Of a stretch of 55,109 bases of DNA, positions 27,218-35,980 are shown in pieces. How positions within the stretch are numbered: the first letter of the stretch is position 1; every line of letters starts with the position of its first letter. Source of the DNA: Candidatus Zixiibacteriota bacterium (GTDB taxonomy: Bacteria; RBG-13-66-14; B26-G2; WVWN01); assembly GCA_050117845.1 (NCBI GenBank), contig JASFLY010000019.1, positions 1 through 55,109 on the forward strand, written 5' to 3'. A program made the position numbers and the translations under genes. The notes beneath the pieces are model-generated. The model was not told where the DNA came from and did no database searches. It saw nothing but the letters and a program-made list of their open reading frames with translations.

Positions 27218-27424
27218 CTACTGACTGAGAACGGATTCGATGACGATGGTGTCGGCCGGGTAGGATTGGATTACGATAACCGGGCCGGGCGTGCCCCCCT
27301 TTCCGCCGGATATGTTTTCGGCGGAAACATCCGTCGATTCGACGGTGGCGCGGGCCACGAGTAAGGAGAACAAAGCGGCCGCGCCGAATACCATCAACAC
27401 ATTTACGATTTTAGACCTCGACAT
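27218..27424 (-). CDS. Small secreted or membrane hypothetical protein (68 aa)
   Basis: ATG 27424 follows RBS AAGGAGGT; signal-like N-terminus MSRSKIVNVLMVFGAAALFSLLVARA; terminator hairpin at 27168-27195. Confidence 0.55.
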   Translation of the reverse strand: MSRSKIVNVLMVFGAAALFSLLVARATVESTDVSAENISGGKGGTPGPVIVIQSYPADTIVIESVLSQ

Positions 27425-27537
27425 TTTGGAACCTCCTTGCTGCGGCGTTGCCTTCACCTGGTAATACGAGGGGGCGACACGTAAAAGTTGCATAAAAAAG
27501 CCGGGCCGCGGGGCCCGGCAAACGGTTTCGTGCGGCG

Positions 27538-28419
27538 TTAAAACAGGTACGTTTTGGCGAGGGTGAAGAGGCCCAGGAAGGTCGTCAGGACGCCGATGGC
27601 GATGGTCAGGGGTTTGGTTTTGACCTTCTTCACGGCTATCGCCGAGAATGGGACGGAGCACAACGCCCCCAGCGCCAACGGGAGTGTGAGGCGCCACGGG
27701 AAATCGGCCTGCGTAATAAAATAGACCGCCACGCCGACAATACAGGTCAACCCCTCGGCCAGGGAGGTGATGGCGATGGCGTTCTTGCCGTCCACGCCCG
27801 AGAGGAGTTGGCCGCCGCAGACGAGCGGGCCGTAGCCGCCGCCGCTCATTCCCTTATTGAAGGACGCGAGCGTTCCCAGCCCCAGGACCTTGAGCCACGA
27901 AAACTTGACCACGGCCCGCCGGGCGATCGTTACGAGGATCATCACGCCGACGGCGAGTACCAGTAGGCCGATCCACGTTTTTAACGCGATCTTCGGGATA
28001 TTTATGGCGACGAATACCGCGGCCACCGTTCCCACGACGGAGCACAGGCCCAGGACCAGGCCGACCTTGAACGAGAGCGAACCGGGTTTGAGGTCGACGT
28101 TGCCGGCGCGGTGGTGGGCGAGCGCCGCCGACAAGCCGGTGATTAATTCCGACAATAAAACCGCCGGGACGATTTGAAGAGGCGAAAAGCCGAAAAGGAG
28201 CATTAGCGGCGTGAGCGTCGTGCCGTATCCCATCCCGAGAGTCGAATCGACGAATTCGCAGCCGAGGGCGACGAAGAAGATCCCGACGGTCGCCCACGAG
28301 ATTAACTCGAGGGTCCGGCCGCCCTCCGACGTATCTCCTCCGTTCGTGGCGGCGTTGACCGCGACGACGCTTAAAACGAGTACGACCACGCCTAACCAAA
28401 TGAGCGTAGCTTTTTTCAT
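27538..28419 (-). CDS. TauE/SafE (TSUP) family sulfite exporter
   Basis: DSTLGMGYGTTLTP and repeated KGMSGGGYGPL motifs; multi-TM. Confidence 0.88.
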   Translation of the reverse strand: MKKATLIWLGVVVLVLSVVAVNAATNGGDTSEGGRTLELISWATVGIFFVALGCEFVDSTLGMGYGTTLTPLMLLFGFSPLQIVPAVLLSELITGLSAALAHHRAGNVDLKPGSLSFKVGLVLGLCSVVGTVAAVFVAINIPKIALKTWIGLLVLAVGVMILVTIARRAVVKFSWLKVLGLGTLASFNKGMSGGGYGPLVCGGQLLSGVDGKNAIAITSLAEGLTCIVGVAVYFITQADFPWRLTLPLALGALCSVPFSAIAVKKVKTKPLTIAIGVLTTFLGLFTLAKTYLF

Positions 28420-28551
28420 AAACTCTCCTTACCGATGTCCCTTGCCATTAACGTAATGCCGCTGGGCGTCCCGACCGGGGGGTACGCGTCTTGACGCCGC
28501 CGACTATATATATTATTATCTCTATCTGAAAAGTAGCGTAAAGGAGTAAAA

Positions 28552-28956
28552 ATGAAACTCACTACCCGTAGCGAGTACGCATTATTGGCTCTATTGTACC
28601 TCGCCCGCCACCAATCGGATGAGTATATCACCGTCGAGAAAGTCGCCCTCGCCCAGGGGATACCCCATAAATACCTGGAACAGATAATGCTGGCGCTAAA
28701 GCGTTCGCGTTACTTAAAGAGTTCCAAGGGCCAGCGGGGTGGTTACCGATTGGCGAAAGCCCCCGATACCATCACGCTCGCCGACGTAATCCGCCTTTTC
28801 GACGGGGCCCTGGCGCCCACGGAGTCGGTAAGCGAGTACTTCTACGAATCCACGCCCGTCGAGAAAGAGGCCAAACTAATTGAGCTGTTCAAGGACATCC
28901 GTAATTACGCCGCCCGGAAACTCGAGGGTACAACGCTGGCCGACGTCCTGGATTAA
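28552..28956 (+). CDS. Rrf2 family transcriptional regulator (CymR-like, no Fe-S cysteines)
   Basis: MKLTTRSEYAL, IPHKYLEQI and SSKGQRGGYRLAK; contains no Cys. Confidence 0.9.
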   Translation: MKLTTRSEYALLALLYLARHQSDEYITVEKVALAQGIPHKYLEQIMLALKRSRYLKSSKGQRGGYRLAKAPDTITLADVIRLFDGALAPTESVSEYFYESTPVEKEAKLIELFKDIRNYAARKLEGTTLADVLD

Positions 28957-29121
28957 AAGGCTCCCCTTTCCGTAGGGGTCCTCCCTCCCTCCTTTCTACC
29001 CTGTGTATACATTTACCATATATGATATATCATATAACTTCATTAAGTGCAAGTCCTTAAGTGCAATAACGAAAAACCCGACGCCGGGCGCCGGGTGGCT
29101 AGGTTTGCAACGGGGGACGGT

Positions 29122-29994
29122 TTAGACGACGAACATTCTGAGCAGTAGTAAAACGCCTAGGGTGGAGGTAACGAGGCCCACGGAGATTTTAAGCTGAATC
29201 GGTTTTAGGACGCGCACCGTCAAGGCCGAGAACGGCACCGCGGCGACCGCGCCGACGGCCATATAGGGCGCGAGACTCCAACTGAAGGAATCCCCCGCTA
29301 GAAAGAACGTCGCCGCGCCGGCGACGCAGGCGAAGGTTTCGGCGAGTTGCGTTATAGCCACCGCGTTTGACGCCGTTACGCCGCAGAGGAGTTGGCCGCC
29401 GGTTACTATCGGTCCGTACCCCCCGCCGGTTATCCCCTTGTTAATCCCCGCGAAGAAGCCGAAGGAGAATATCTTGGGCCAGGAGAACTTCATGTGTTTC
29501 CCGAACGAAGCCAGCGTCGCGATGCCGATAATGAGGACGACGATTCCGATCCAGGTTTCGAGGACCTTCTCGCTCAAACGGAGCGCCAGGGACGCGGCGC
29601 CGACGGTTCCGATGGTTGAGGAGATGGCTACCGCGATAGTTATCCAGAACGCCCGGCCTCCGGGTCTTAGGTCCACGTTGCCGATGGTGTGATGCGCAAT
29701 CGCGGCGATGACGTTATTGAAGAGCTGTGCGACCAACACGGCGGGGACGACGTCCAGCGGAGGGTAACCCAGGATGAGTAGTATCGGCGTGAGGGTGAGG
29801 CCGTAGCCCATCCCGAGACTCGCGTCCACGTAGCCCGAAGCGAACGACAACCAGAGTACGGTGAGGGCCGGCCCGGCGAGCATGCGGCGTTCGAACGGCA
29901 GCGGCCACCACAGGCTTATCGCCGTCGCTACGGCCATGATGACGAGGGACAGCAGCATGGCCTGGTACTTCTTCTGTTTGAGAAAGGCTACCAT
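29122..29994 (-). CDS. TauE/SafE (TSUP) family sulfite exporter, second paralog
   Basis: DASLGMGYGLTLTP and KGITGGGYGPI. Start is uncertain (29994 or 30030). Confidence 0.85.
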   Translation of the reverse strand: MVAFLKQKKYQAMLLSLVIMAVATAISLWWPLPFERRMLAGPALTVLWLSFASGYVDASLGMGYGLTLTPILLILGYPPLDVVPAVLVAQLFNNVIAAIAHHTIGNVDLRPGGRAFWITIAVAISSTIGTVGAASLALRLSEKVLETWIGIVVLIIGIATLASFGKHMKFSWPKIFSFGFFAGINKGITGGGYGPIVTGGQLLCGVTASNAVAITQLAETFACVAGAATFFLAGDSFSWSLAPYMAVGAVAAVPFSALTVRVLKPIQLKISVGLVTSTLGVLLLLRMFVV

Positions 29995-30154
29995 TCGGAC
30001 ATTAACCCATGAAAAATACGGGATAATCAATAAATAAAAACGGCCCGGGAGTCAAGAATTATTATCAGCCCGGCGATTTAGGACTGGACAAAAGCGTCTC
30101 CCCCAATTAAAATCGTGTTTCCCTACGGAATTATAATCCTTGAAGGAGGAAGAG

Positions 30155-30835
30155 ATGAAGAAGGTATTATATTACGTAATAGTGGCGGCGGCCGCCGCCG
30201 TACTGGCGTGCGCGTTCGTCGGATGTCAGAAGAAAGCGGAAGAACCCGCGACGGCCGAGACGGTGGCCGAAACCGCCCCCGCGGCCGAAGAACCGGAAAC
30301 GCCGCTGGCGCTGTCCGAAGAGGCTCAGAAGGAACTGGTCCCGGGAACGAAGGTTGCGGTAATGGAACTGGGGGAGGGCGTGGTCGAGATAGAATTGTTC
30401 GAGAAGGAAACGCCCAAGACCGCCGGGAACTTCATTGACCTGTGCAACGACAAGTTCTACGACGGCCTTCCGTTCCACCGCGTCGAAAAGGGTTTCGTGA
30501 TTCAAGCGGGAGACGCGACGTACGTGGGCCGGGAGAACCCCGCCATCAAGCTCGACGTCGAACCCGATAAGCGGAAAACCGTCCGCGGCGCCATTTCCAT
30601 GGCCCGGGGATTCAACCAGGCGACCGGCGAATACCTCGAGACCAGCCCGACGCAGTTCTTCATCCTTACGGGCGACTCGCCCCACCTCGACCCGGACTTC
30701 TGCGTCTTCGGCGTCGTCGTAACCGGCATGGACCTCGTGGACAACGTCGCCAAGGATGACGTTATCAAACGGGTGCGGATACTCACGGTGGGCGAGGGCG
30801 AGCCGCCGGCCGAGGAAAAGGAACCCGGAGTCTAA
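30155..30835 (+). CDS. Cyclophilin-type peptidyl-prolyl isomerase, lipoprotein
   Basis: FYDGLPFHRVEKGFVIQAGD, SMAR, QFFI and VFG; lipobox FVGC. Confidence 0.9.
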   Translation: MKKVLYYVIVAAAAAVLACAFVGCQKKAEEPATAETVAETAPAAEEPETPLALSEEAQKELVPGTKVAVMELGEGVVEIELFEKETPKTAGNFIDLCNDKFYDGLPFHRVEKGFVIQAGDATYVGRENPAIKLDVEPDKRKTVRGAISMARGFNQATGEYLETSPTQFFILTGDSPHLDPDFCVFGVVVTGMDLVDNVAKDDVIKRVRILTVGEGEPPAEEKEPGV

Positions 30836-30896
30836 ACATTCGCGGCGCGACGAGCGGCCGGGCCTTTCGGGCCCGGACGCTCCCGAGGTGATAAAT

Positions 30897-31514
30897 ATGA
30901 GAATGATTATCGCGGCATTGGCCGCCGCGGCGCTAGTAGTCGCGGGTGCGGCCTGGGCCGAGGAGACCTACCCCCCTCACGAAGTAGATAAACACGAAGG
31001 AGACGGGATGACACCCGCCCTTTCCGAAAAAACGCTGGAGCTTCCCGCCGGCACCAAGGTCGCCGTACTCGACGTCGACGCCGGGACTATCGAAGTCCGA
31101 CTCTTCCCGGACGAGGCGCCTGCGACCGCCGCCAACTTCATCGAGCTGGTCGAGAGCGGATTCTACGACGGCATCACCTTCCACCGCGTAGTGCCGGACT
31201 TCGTAATCCAGGCGGGAGACGCGTCGCTGGTAGGGCGCGAGAACCCGGACATCACGCTGATAACCGAGAGCGAGGGCGACGCCCGCAAGTGCGTGCGGGG
31301 CGCGATATCGATGGCCCGCGGCTACGACCCGATGTCGAAGAAATACCTGGCCACCAGCCCGACGCAGTTCTTCATCCTCATGAAGGACTCGCCCCACCTC
31401 GACCCGGACTTTTGCGTCTTCGGCCACGTCGTTGCCGGCATGGACGTCGTCGATAAAACTCAGCAGGGCGATACCATTAAAAGCGCCGTCATCGTGACGG
31501 TGGGCGAGAATTAG
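30897..31514 (+). CDS. Cyclophilin-type peptidyl-prolyl isomerase, secreted paralog
   Basis: FYDGITFHRVVPDFVIQAGD; Sec signal ending AWA; ATG 30897 follows GAGGTG. Confidence 0.9.
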   Translation: MRMIIAALAAAALVVAGAAWAEETYPPHEVDKHEGDGMTPALSEKTLELPAGTKVAVLDVDAGTIEVRLFPDEAPATAANFIELVESGFYDGITFHRVVPDFVIQAGDASLVGRENPDITLITESEGDARKCVRGAISMARGYDPMSKKYLATSPTQFFILMKDSPHLDPDFCVFGHVVAGMDVVDKTQQGDTIKSAVIVTVGEN

Positions 31515-31535
31515 CGTTTCAGTTAAAGGTTAACG

Positions 31536-31562
31536 AAAAACCCGCCGCAAGGCGGGTTTTTT
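31536..31562. terminator. Bidirectional rho-independent terminator
   Basis: AAAAACCCGCC-GCAA-GGCGGGTTTTTT between convergent genes. Confidence 0.85.
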
Positions 31563-31586
31563 ACTCGGGGGGGGGGTCGCGCCGGC

Positions 31587-32345
31587 TTACTTCGCCGCCT
31601 GCCACTTCTCCTCCATCTGCTCGAGCGTGGCTTCGGCGAGTTCGAGTCCCTCCCCGGCCAGGGCCTCCTGCATTACGTGGAAGCGGCGGATGAACTCGTC
31701 GTTGGTGCCGTTCAGCGCCTCCTCCGGGTCGATGTCCGTATAGCGGCAGAGATTGATGAGTGCGAAGAAGAGGTCGCCCAGCTCGGCCTGGAGGCGGGCG
31801 GGGTCGCGGCCGACTAGTTCGCGTTTCAACTCGTCGACCTCCTCCTCGATCTTGTCGAGTGCGCCGCCGGCGTCCTCCCACTCGAAGCCGATCGACCGCG
31901 CCCGGTCCTGGATGCGGTGGGCCCGGAGCATGGCGGGCAGGCCGGCCGGGATGCCGTCGAGGAGCCGCCGGCCCTCCTGCTCGCGGCCTTTAATCGTTTC
32001 CCAGTTCGTCACGACCTCGCCGGCCCCCTCGACCTCGACGTCGCCGAAGACGTGGGGGTGGCGCCGTTTGAGTTTGTCCGTGACGGTCGAGGCCACGGCC
32101 GCGAGGTCGAAGGCCCCGCGCTCCTGGGCCATTTTCGAGTGGAAAAAGACGTGCAACAGGATATCGCCGAGTTCTTCGCACAGCGCTTTGTCGTCCTCGG
32201 CGGAGATGGCCTCGGCGGCCTCGTAGGCCTCCTCGATCAAATAGCGTCTCATCGACTGGTGCGTTTGCTCCCGGTCCCACGGGCATTCGGCCCGGAGCTT
32301 CACCACGACGTCCCAGAGTTCCTGAAGTTTTTTTTCCGTATTCAT
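31587..32345 (-). CDS. mazG: Nucleoside triphosphate pyrophosphohydrolase MazG
   Basis: CPWDREQT, EEAYE, EELGDIL, RRHPHVF, and a second domain with ELGDL. Confidence 0.95.
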   Translation of the reverse strand: MNTEKKLQELWDVVVKLRAECPWDREQTHQSMRRYLIEEAYEAAEAISAEDDKALCEELGDILLHVFFHSKMAQERGAFDLAAVASTVTDKLKRRHPHVFGDVEVEGAGEVVTNWETIKGREQEGRRLLDGIPAGLPAMLRAHRIQDRARSIGFEWEDAGGALDKIEEEVDELKRELVGRDPARLQAELGDLFFALINLCRYTDIDPEEALNGTNDEFIRRFHVMQEALAGEGLELAEATLEQMEEKWQAAK

Positions 32346-32391
32346 ATTAAGTCACCTTGACCGGGTCGACGAACTGGTTTACAATAAGGCG

Positions 32392-33357
32392 ATGATGAGT
32401 AGCGAACCGGATAAGCTTAGGGCGCTGTGCGCCGCGTTGCCCGGAGGCCGGAAAGCTTCCATCGGCGAACTGGCCCGGGCGGCCGGCCTGGCCTCCCACG
32501 AAGTGGCCGCGGCCGTCGCCGAACTCCGCGCCGCCGGCGTTTCGGTGATCGGGGACGAGGCCGACGGTTACGAACGCGAGCTGCCGCCGCCGCTGGATGC
32601 TCGGGCCGTACAGGACCTGGTCCGTGGCGATTTGGGTCGGCAGGTGTCGGCCTTCAACATCGTCTCCAGTACCATGGAACGGGCGCGGGAACTGGCGAAG
32701 GTCGGGGCGGGCCACGGGGCCGTTTTCCTCGCCGAAGGGCAAAAAGCCGGCCGGGGCCGCCGCGGCCGGGAGTGGCATTCCCCCGCGAGACTCGGCCTTT
32801 ATATGTCCTTCGTCCTCGACCGGCGGCGTCTTCCCGAAACGCTGACGTTGTTGCCGCTGGTCGCGGGCGTGGCGGCGGTCAACGCCGTTCGGGAGGTAAC
32901 CGCCCTCGCGCCCCGTTTGAAATGGCCGAACGACGTATTCCTGGCCGGAGCCAAGCTGGGGGGTATACTGGCCGAGTCGCCGGCCGGGGCCTCGCCGCTT
33001 ATCCTGGGCATAGGCGTTAACGTTTACCAGTGCCGCTACGACTTCCCGGCCGGGATGCCGTATCAGGCCGTATCGCTGGTCGGCGCGGGGGCGCGCCTTC
33101 CGGATCGCAACGGCCTCGCCGCCGTCATCATCAACGAACTGGACGCCCGCTTATGTCGATGGGGCGACGCGGGCCCGGAGGAGGTTCTGGCGGCCTGGCG
33201 CGAAAGAAACGTCACGCTCGGCCACCGCGTCCTCATCCCCGAGGCCGAGCTCGCCGGCACCGCGGTGAACGTCGCCGCCGACGGCGCGCTTATCGTCGAG
33301 GACCATACGGGCCGGACACATAATTTGTATTCGGCAGATTTCGTCCCGCTGGATTAA
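32392..33357 (+). CDS. birA: Biotin--[acetyl-CoA-carboxylase] ligase with N-terminal HTH
   Basis: Q-x-x-GRGRRGREW-x-SP, KWPND, KLGGILAE and GIGVNV. Confidence 0.92.
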   Translation: MMSSEPDKLRALCAALPGGRKASIGELARAAGLASHEVAAAVAELRAAGVSVIGDEADGYERELPPPLDARAVQDLVRGDLGRQVSAFNIVSSTMERARELAKVGAGHGAVFLAEGQKAGRGRRGREWHSPARLGLYMSFVLDRRRLPETLTLLPLVAGVAAVNAVREVTALAPRLKWPNDVFLAGAKLGGILAESPAGASPLILGIGVNVYQCRYDFPAGMPYQAVSLVGAGARLPDRNGLAAVIINELDARLCRWGDAGPEEVLAAWRERNVTLGHRVLIPEAELAGTAVNVAADGALIVEDHTGRTHNLYSADFVPLD

Positions 33358-33371
33358 CGACTCCCTCCGAA

Positions 33372-34052
33372 CTACCGGTTACCCATCTCCGTTCCCAAAC
33401 CGTTCAGGGGACAGCCGTCGCATTGCGGCTGTCGCGGCCGACAGCGTTCCCGGCCCACCCTCACGAGTAGCGCGTGGTACTGGTTGTACAGGGCCACGTC
33501 CTCCTCGAGGCCGGATTCGAACAGGTCCTTGAGTTCGTCGTAGGTCGCCGCCTCGTCCGCCAGGCCGTGACGGAATAGGACGCGGTGAGTATACGCGTCG
33601 ACCACGAAGGTCGGCAGGCCGCAGGCGTAGAGGAGAATCGAGTCGGCCGTCTCCGGCCCCACGCCCTTGACGCCGAGGAGTTTGGGCCGGCCCGCGGCGA
33701 GCCCCTCGTCCGCCAGGCCGCCGACGTCGCCGCCGTACTCGTCAGCCAGGAAATCGAGCAACGCCCGGAGCCGCCGGGCCTTTACGTTATAATAACCGGC
33801 GGGTTTTATCAACGGCGCGATTTCGGCGGCCGAAAGCTTGGCCAGTTTTTCGGGGGCCAGAAGGCCCGCGGCCCGGAGGTTGTCCAGGGCTTTTTTTACG
33901 TTCGTCCACGCGGTGTTCTGCGTCAGTATCGCGCCCACGGCCACCTCGAACGGCGTGTCGCCCGGCCACCAGTGCTGGTCGCCGTACGCCTCGTCCAGGC
34001 ACCGGTAGATTTCGGCCAGGAGTTCTCTAGTCGTCGTCACGGCTTTGCACAC
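33372..34052 (-). CDS. Endonuclease III-related HhH-GPD protein
   Basis: WWPGDTPFEVAVGAILTQNTAW, GVGPETADSIL, VVDAYT and C-terminal C-x6-C-x2-C. Confidence 0.88.
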   Translation of the reverse strand: MCKAVTTTRELLAEIYRCLDEAYGDQHWWPGDTPFEVAVGAILTQNTAWTNVKKALDNLRAAGLLAPEKLAKLSAAEIAPLIKPAGYYNVKARRLRALLDFLADEYGGDVGGLADEGLAAGRPKLLGVKGVGPETADSILLYACGLPTFVVDAYTHRVLFRHGLADEAATYDELKDLFESGLEEDVALYNQYHALLVRVGRERCRPRQPQCDGCPLNGLGTEMGNR

Positions 34053-34147
34053 ATGGTTAAAATTAGTTTACGAAATCCCTTGCTCCGGCGGCTTACCTGG
34101 CGTAAAATAAAGGCGTCGCTTTAGCGTTTCCAAAGGAGTGGTTTTTT

Positions 34148-34633
34148 ATGAAGCATTACGTACGAGCGGCCCTGTTCGCCCTGGCCGTATTCGCCGCCGC
34201 CGCCGGCGCTCAGGGTATGGCGGATCCGGTCCTGGCCTACTCCGATACCGTTCAGGACATCACGGCCCGCTTCAACGACAAACTGGTCGAAGCGCAAGCC
34301 TATCTCACCTGGCCCGGCAACGACCTCGACCAGGACGAGCGGGACAAGTTGGCCTGGAAACTCGAGGTCGTCATCGACGACCTGCGTAAGATAAAATTCG
34401 AAATGGACGAACTCGCCGTGCCCGAGGGCTTTGACGAGTCCCACAAGCTAATCGCCGGCGCGTTCGACCTCTATATGACCGCGCTCAGCCGTTGCGGCAC
34501 CGGGATTCAACGGAACTACGTGAAGACCTTCAACGGCGGCGTCCAGGACTATAACGCGGCGGGGACCTTCCTCGATTCCGGGTTTTCCGAGCTCGAGTCG
34601 GCCCTTGGCCGCGCCGGGTACTCCGTCAATTAA
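34148..34633 (+). CDS. Secreted alpha-helical hypothetical protein
   Basis: Sec signal MKHYVRAALFALAVFAAAAGA; RBS AAGGAG. Confidence 0.7.
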   Translation: MKHYVRAALFALAVFAAAAGAQGMADPVLAYSDTVQDITARFNDKLVEAQAYLTWPGNDLDQDERDKLAWKLEVVIDDLRKIKFEMDELAVPEGFDESHKLIAGAFDLYMTALSRCGTGIQRNYVKTFNGGVQDYNAAGTFLDSGFSELESALGRAGYSVN

Positions 34634-34780
34634 GGGGCGCGAGGCCCGTCCGGAATAAAGATAATAACAGCGGCGCGGCCGTCGGTTATCGTTGATCACC
34701 GGCGCGCCGCGCTGACGGTTTGTTTCCCGCTTTTCCCGTCCGCACATTATACTAATTTTCGCTTGCCCGGGTCAAGTTTC

Positions 34781-35980
34781 ATGGCGGATATTTCCACGCC
34801 GGCCTTCAGGATAGAACGCTTCACGAATAAGTTCCGCCGGCGGCGGGCCGCCGAGGCCGTGGCGTGGGCCCCCGCGCGAGTGCTCTTCCCGCTCGTCCGG
34901 CCGCTGGGCCGGAAGCGGGGCGCCCGGGCCGACCGCGTACTCGTCGTCCAGCGGATCCTCCGCATCGGCGACACGCTCGTCGCCCGGCCGGCGCTGGCCG
35001 CCCTTCGCGAGAAACACCCGGAAGCCGAAATCGGCGTCGTGTGCCAACCGGCGCTCGTGCCCGTCTGCCGGGCCGACCCCCTAATAGACCGCGTTATCGA
35101 GTCTCCCCCCGGCCGGGCCGCTTTCTTCCGTGCCGCCCGGGAGGCGCGCGCGTTCGGCGCCGCCACGGCGTACGTCTTCGTACCCGATCGCTGGTCCTCC
35201 TACCTGGCCTGGCTCGCCGGGGCGCGAACGGTAATCGGCTACAACTATCCGGTGCCGGGGGCGGCGCTGACGGATAAACGCAAACCGCCCGCCCGGGCGA
35301 ACGTCCCGGCCTTCCTCTATCCGCCCGACGCGCCGGCGGTCTCCGCGGCCGAGATATGGACCCGCCTCGTCGACCCGGCGGCCCCGCGGCCCACCTGTTA
35401 CCCCTCGTTCGACCCCGGGGATGACTGCCGGGCCGCGGCCCAGAGTTTCGTCGAGAACGCCGGCCTGGCGGGAAAGAGGCCCCTCGTCGTGATGCACCCC
35501 GGCGCGGCCAACGATTCGTACCTCTGGCGCGAGGACCGCTGGCTCGACGTGGGCCGTAACTTACTCGAGGCCGGGGCGGGCGCGATAATCGTAACGGGCG
35601 GCCCCACGGCCTGGGACCGGACGTCGGCGGTCGCGCTGGCCGAGGGCCTCGGCGCCGGAAGGGCGGCGGCCGCCACCGGAGCCCCCCTCCTGCAAACCTT
35701 CGCGCTCGTCGCCGCGGCGGACCTCGTCGTAACGGTGGACACCGCGCCGGTACATATAGCCTCGACGATGGGAACGCCGGTGGTCGCGCTCTACGGCCCG
35801 GGCGACGAGACTATGTGGTCGCCGGTGGGCGTGCCGTTTCGGGTCGTCGCCGGCGAATCGCCGTGCCGCGGGTGCAAGGCGGCGGCTTGTTTCCAGGACC
35901 GGCATTACTGCATGGATAGTATCACGGCCGACGCGGCGGCCGAGGCCGCGACGTCCCTGTTAGCGGAGATTTCTCGCTGA
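34781..35980 (+). CDS. Glycosyltransferase family 9 (heptosyltransferase-like)
   Basis: RIGDTLVARPAL, HPGA and DTAPVHIASTMGTPVVALYGP. Confidence 0.88.
   Translation: MADISTPAFRIERFTNKFRRRRAAEAVAWAPARVLFPLVRPLGRKRGARADRVLVVQRILRIGDTLVARPALAALREKHPEAEIGVVCQPALVPVCRADPLIDRVIESPPGRAAFFRAAREARAFGAATAYVFVPDRWSSYLAWLAGARTVIGYNYPVPGAALTDKRKPPARANVPAFLYPPDAPAVSAAEIWTRLVDPAAPRPTCYPSFDPGDDCRAAAQSFVENAGLAGKRPLVVMHPGAANDSYLWREDRWLDVGRNLLEAGAGAIIVTGGPTAWDRTSAVALAEGLGAGRAAAATGAPLLQTFALVAAADLVVTVDTAPVHIASTMGTPVVALYGPGDETMWSPVGVPFRVVAGESPCRGCKAAACFQDRHYCMDSITADAAAEAATSLLAEISR

Noticed and set aside
33372..34052. Canonical nth (endonuclease III)
   Set aside because: The HhH catalytic Lys is replaced (GVGPETAD) and the Fe-S motif is incomplete. 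This is the known EndoIII-related family, so no gene symbol was given.
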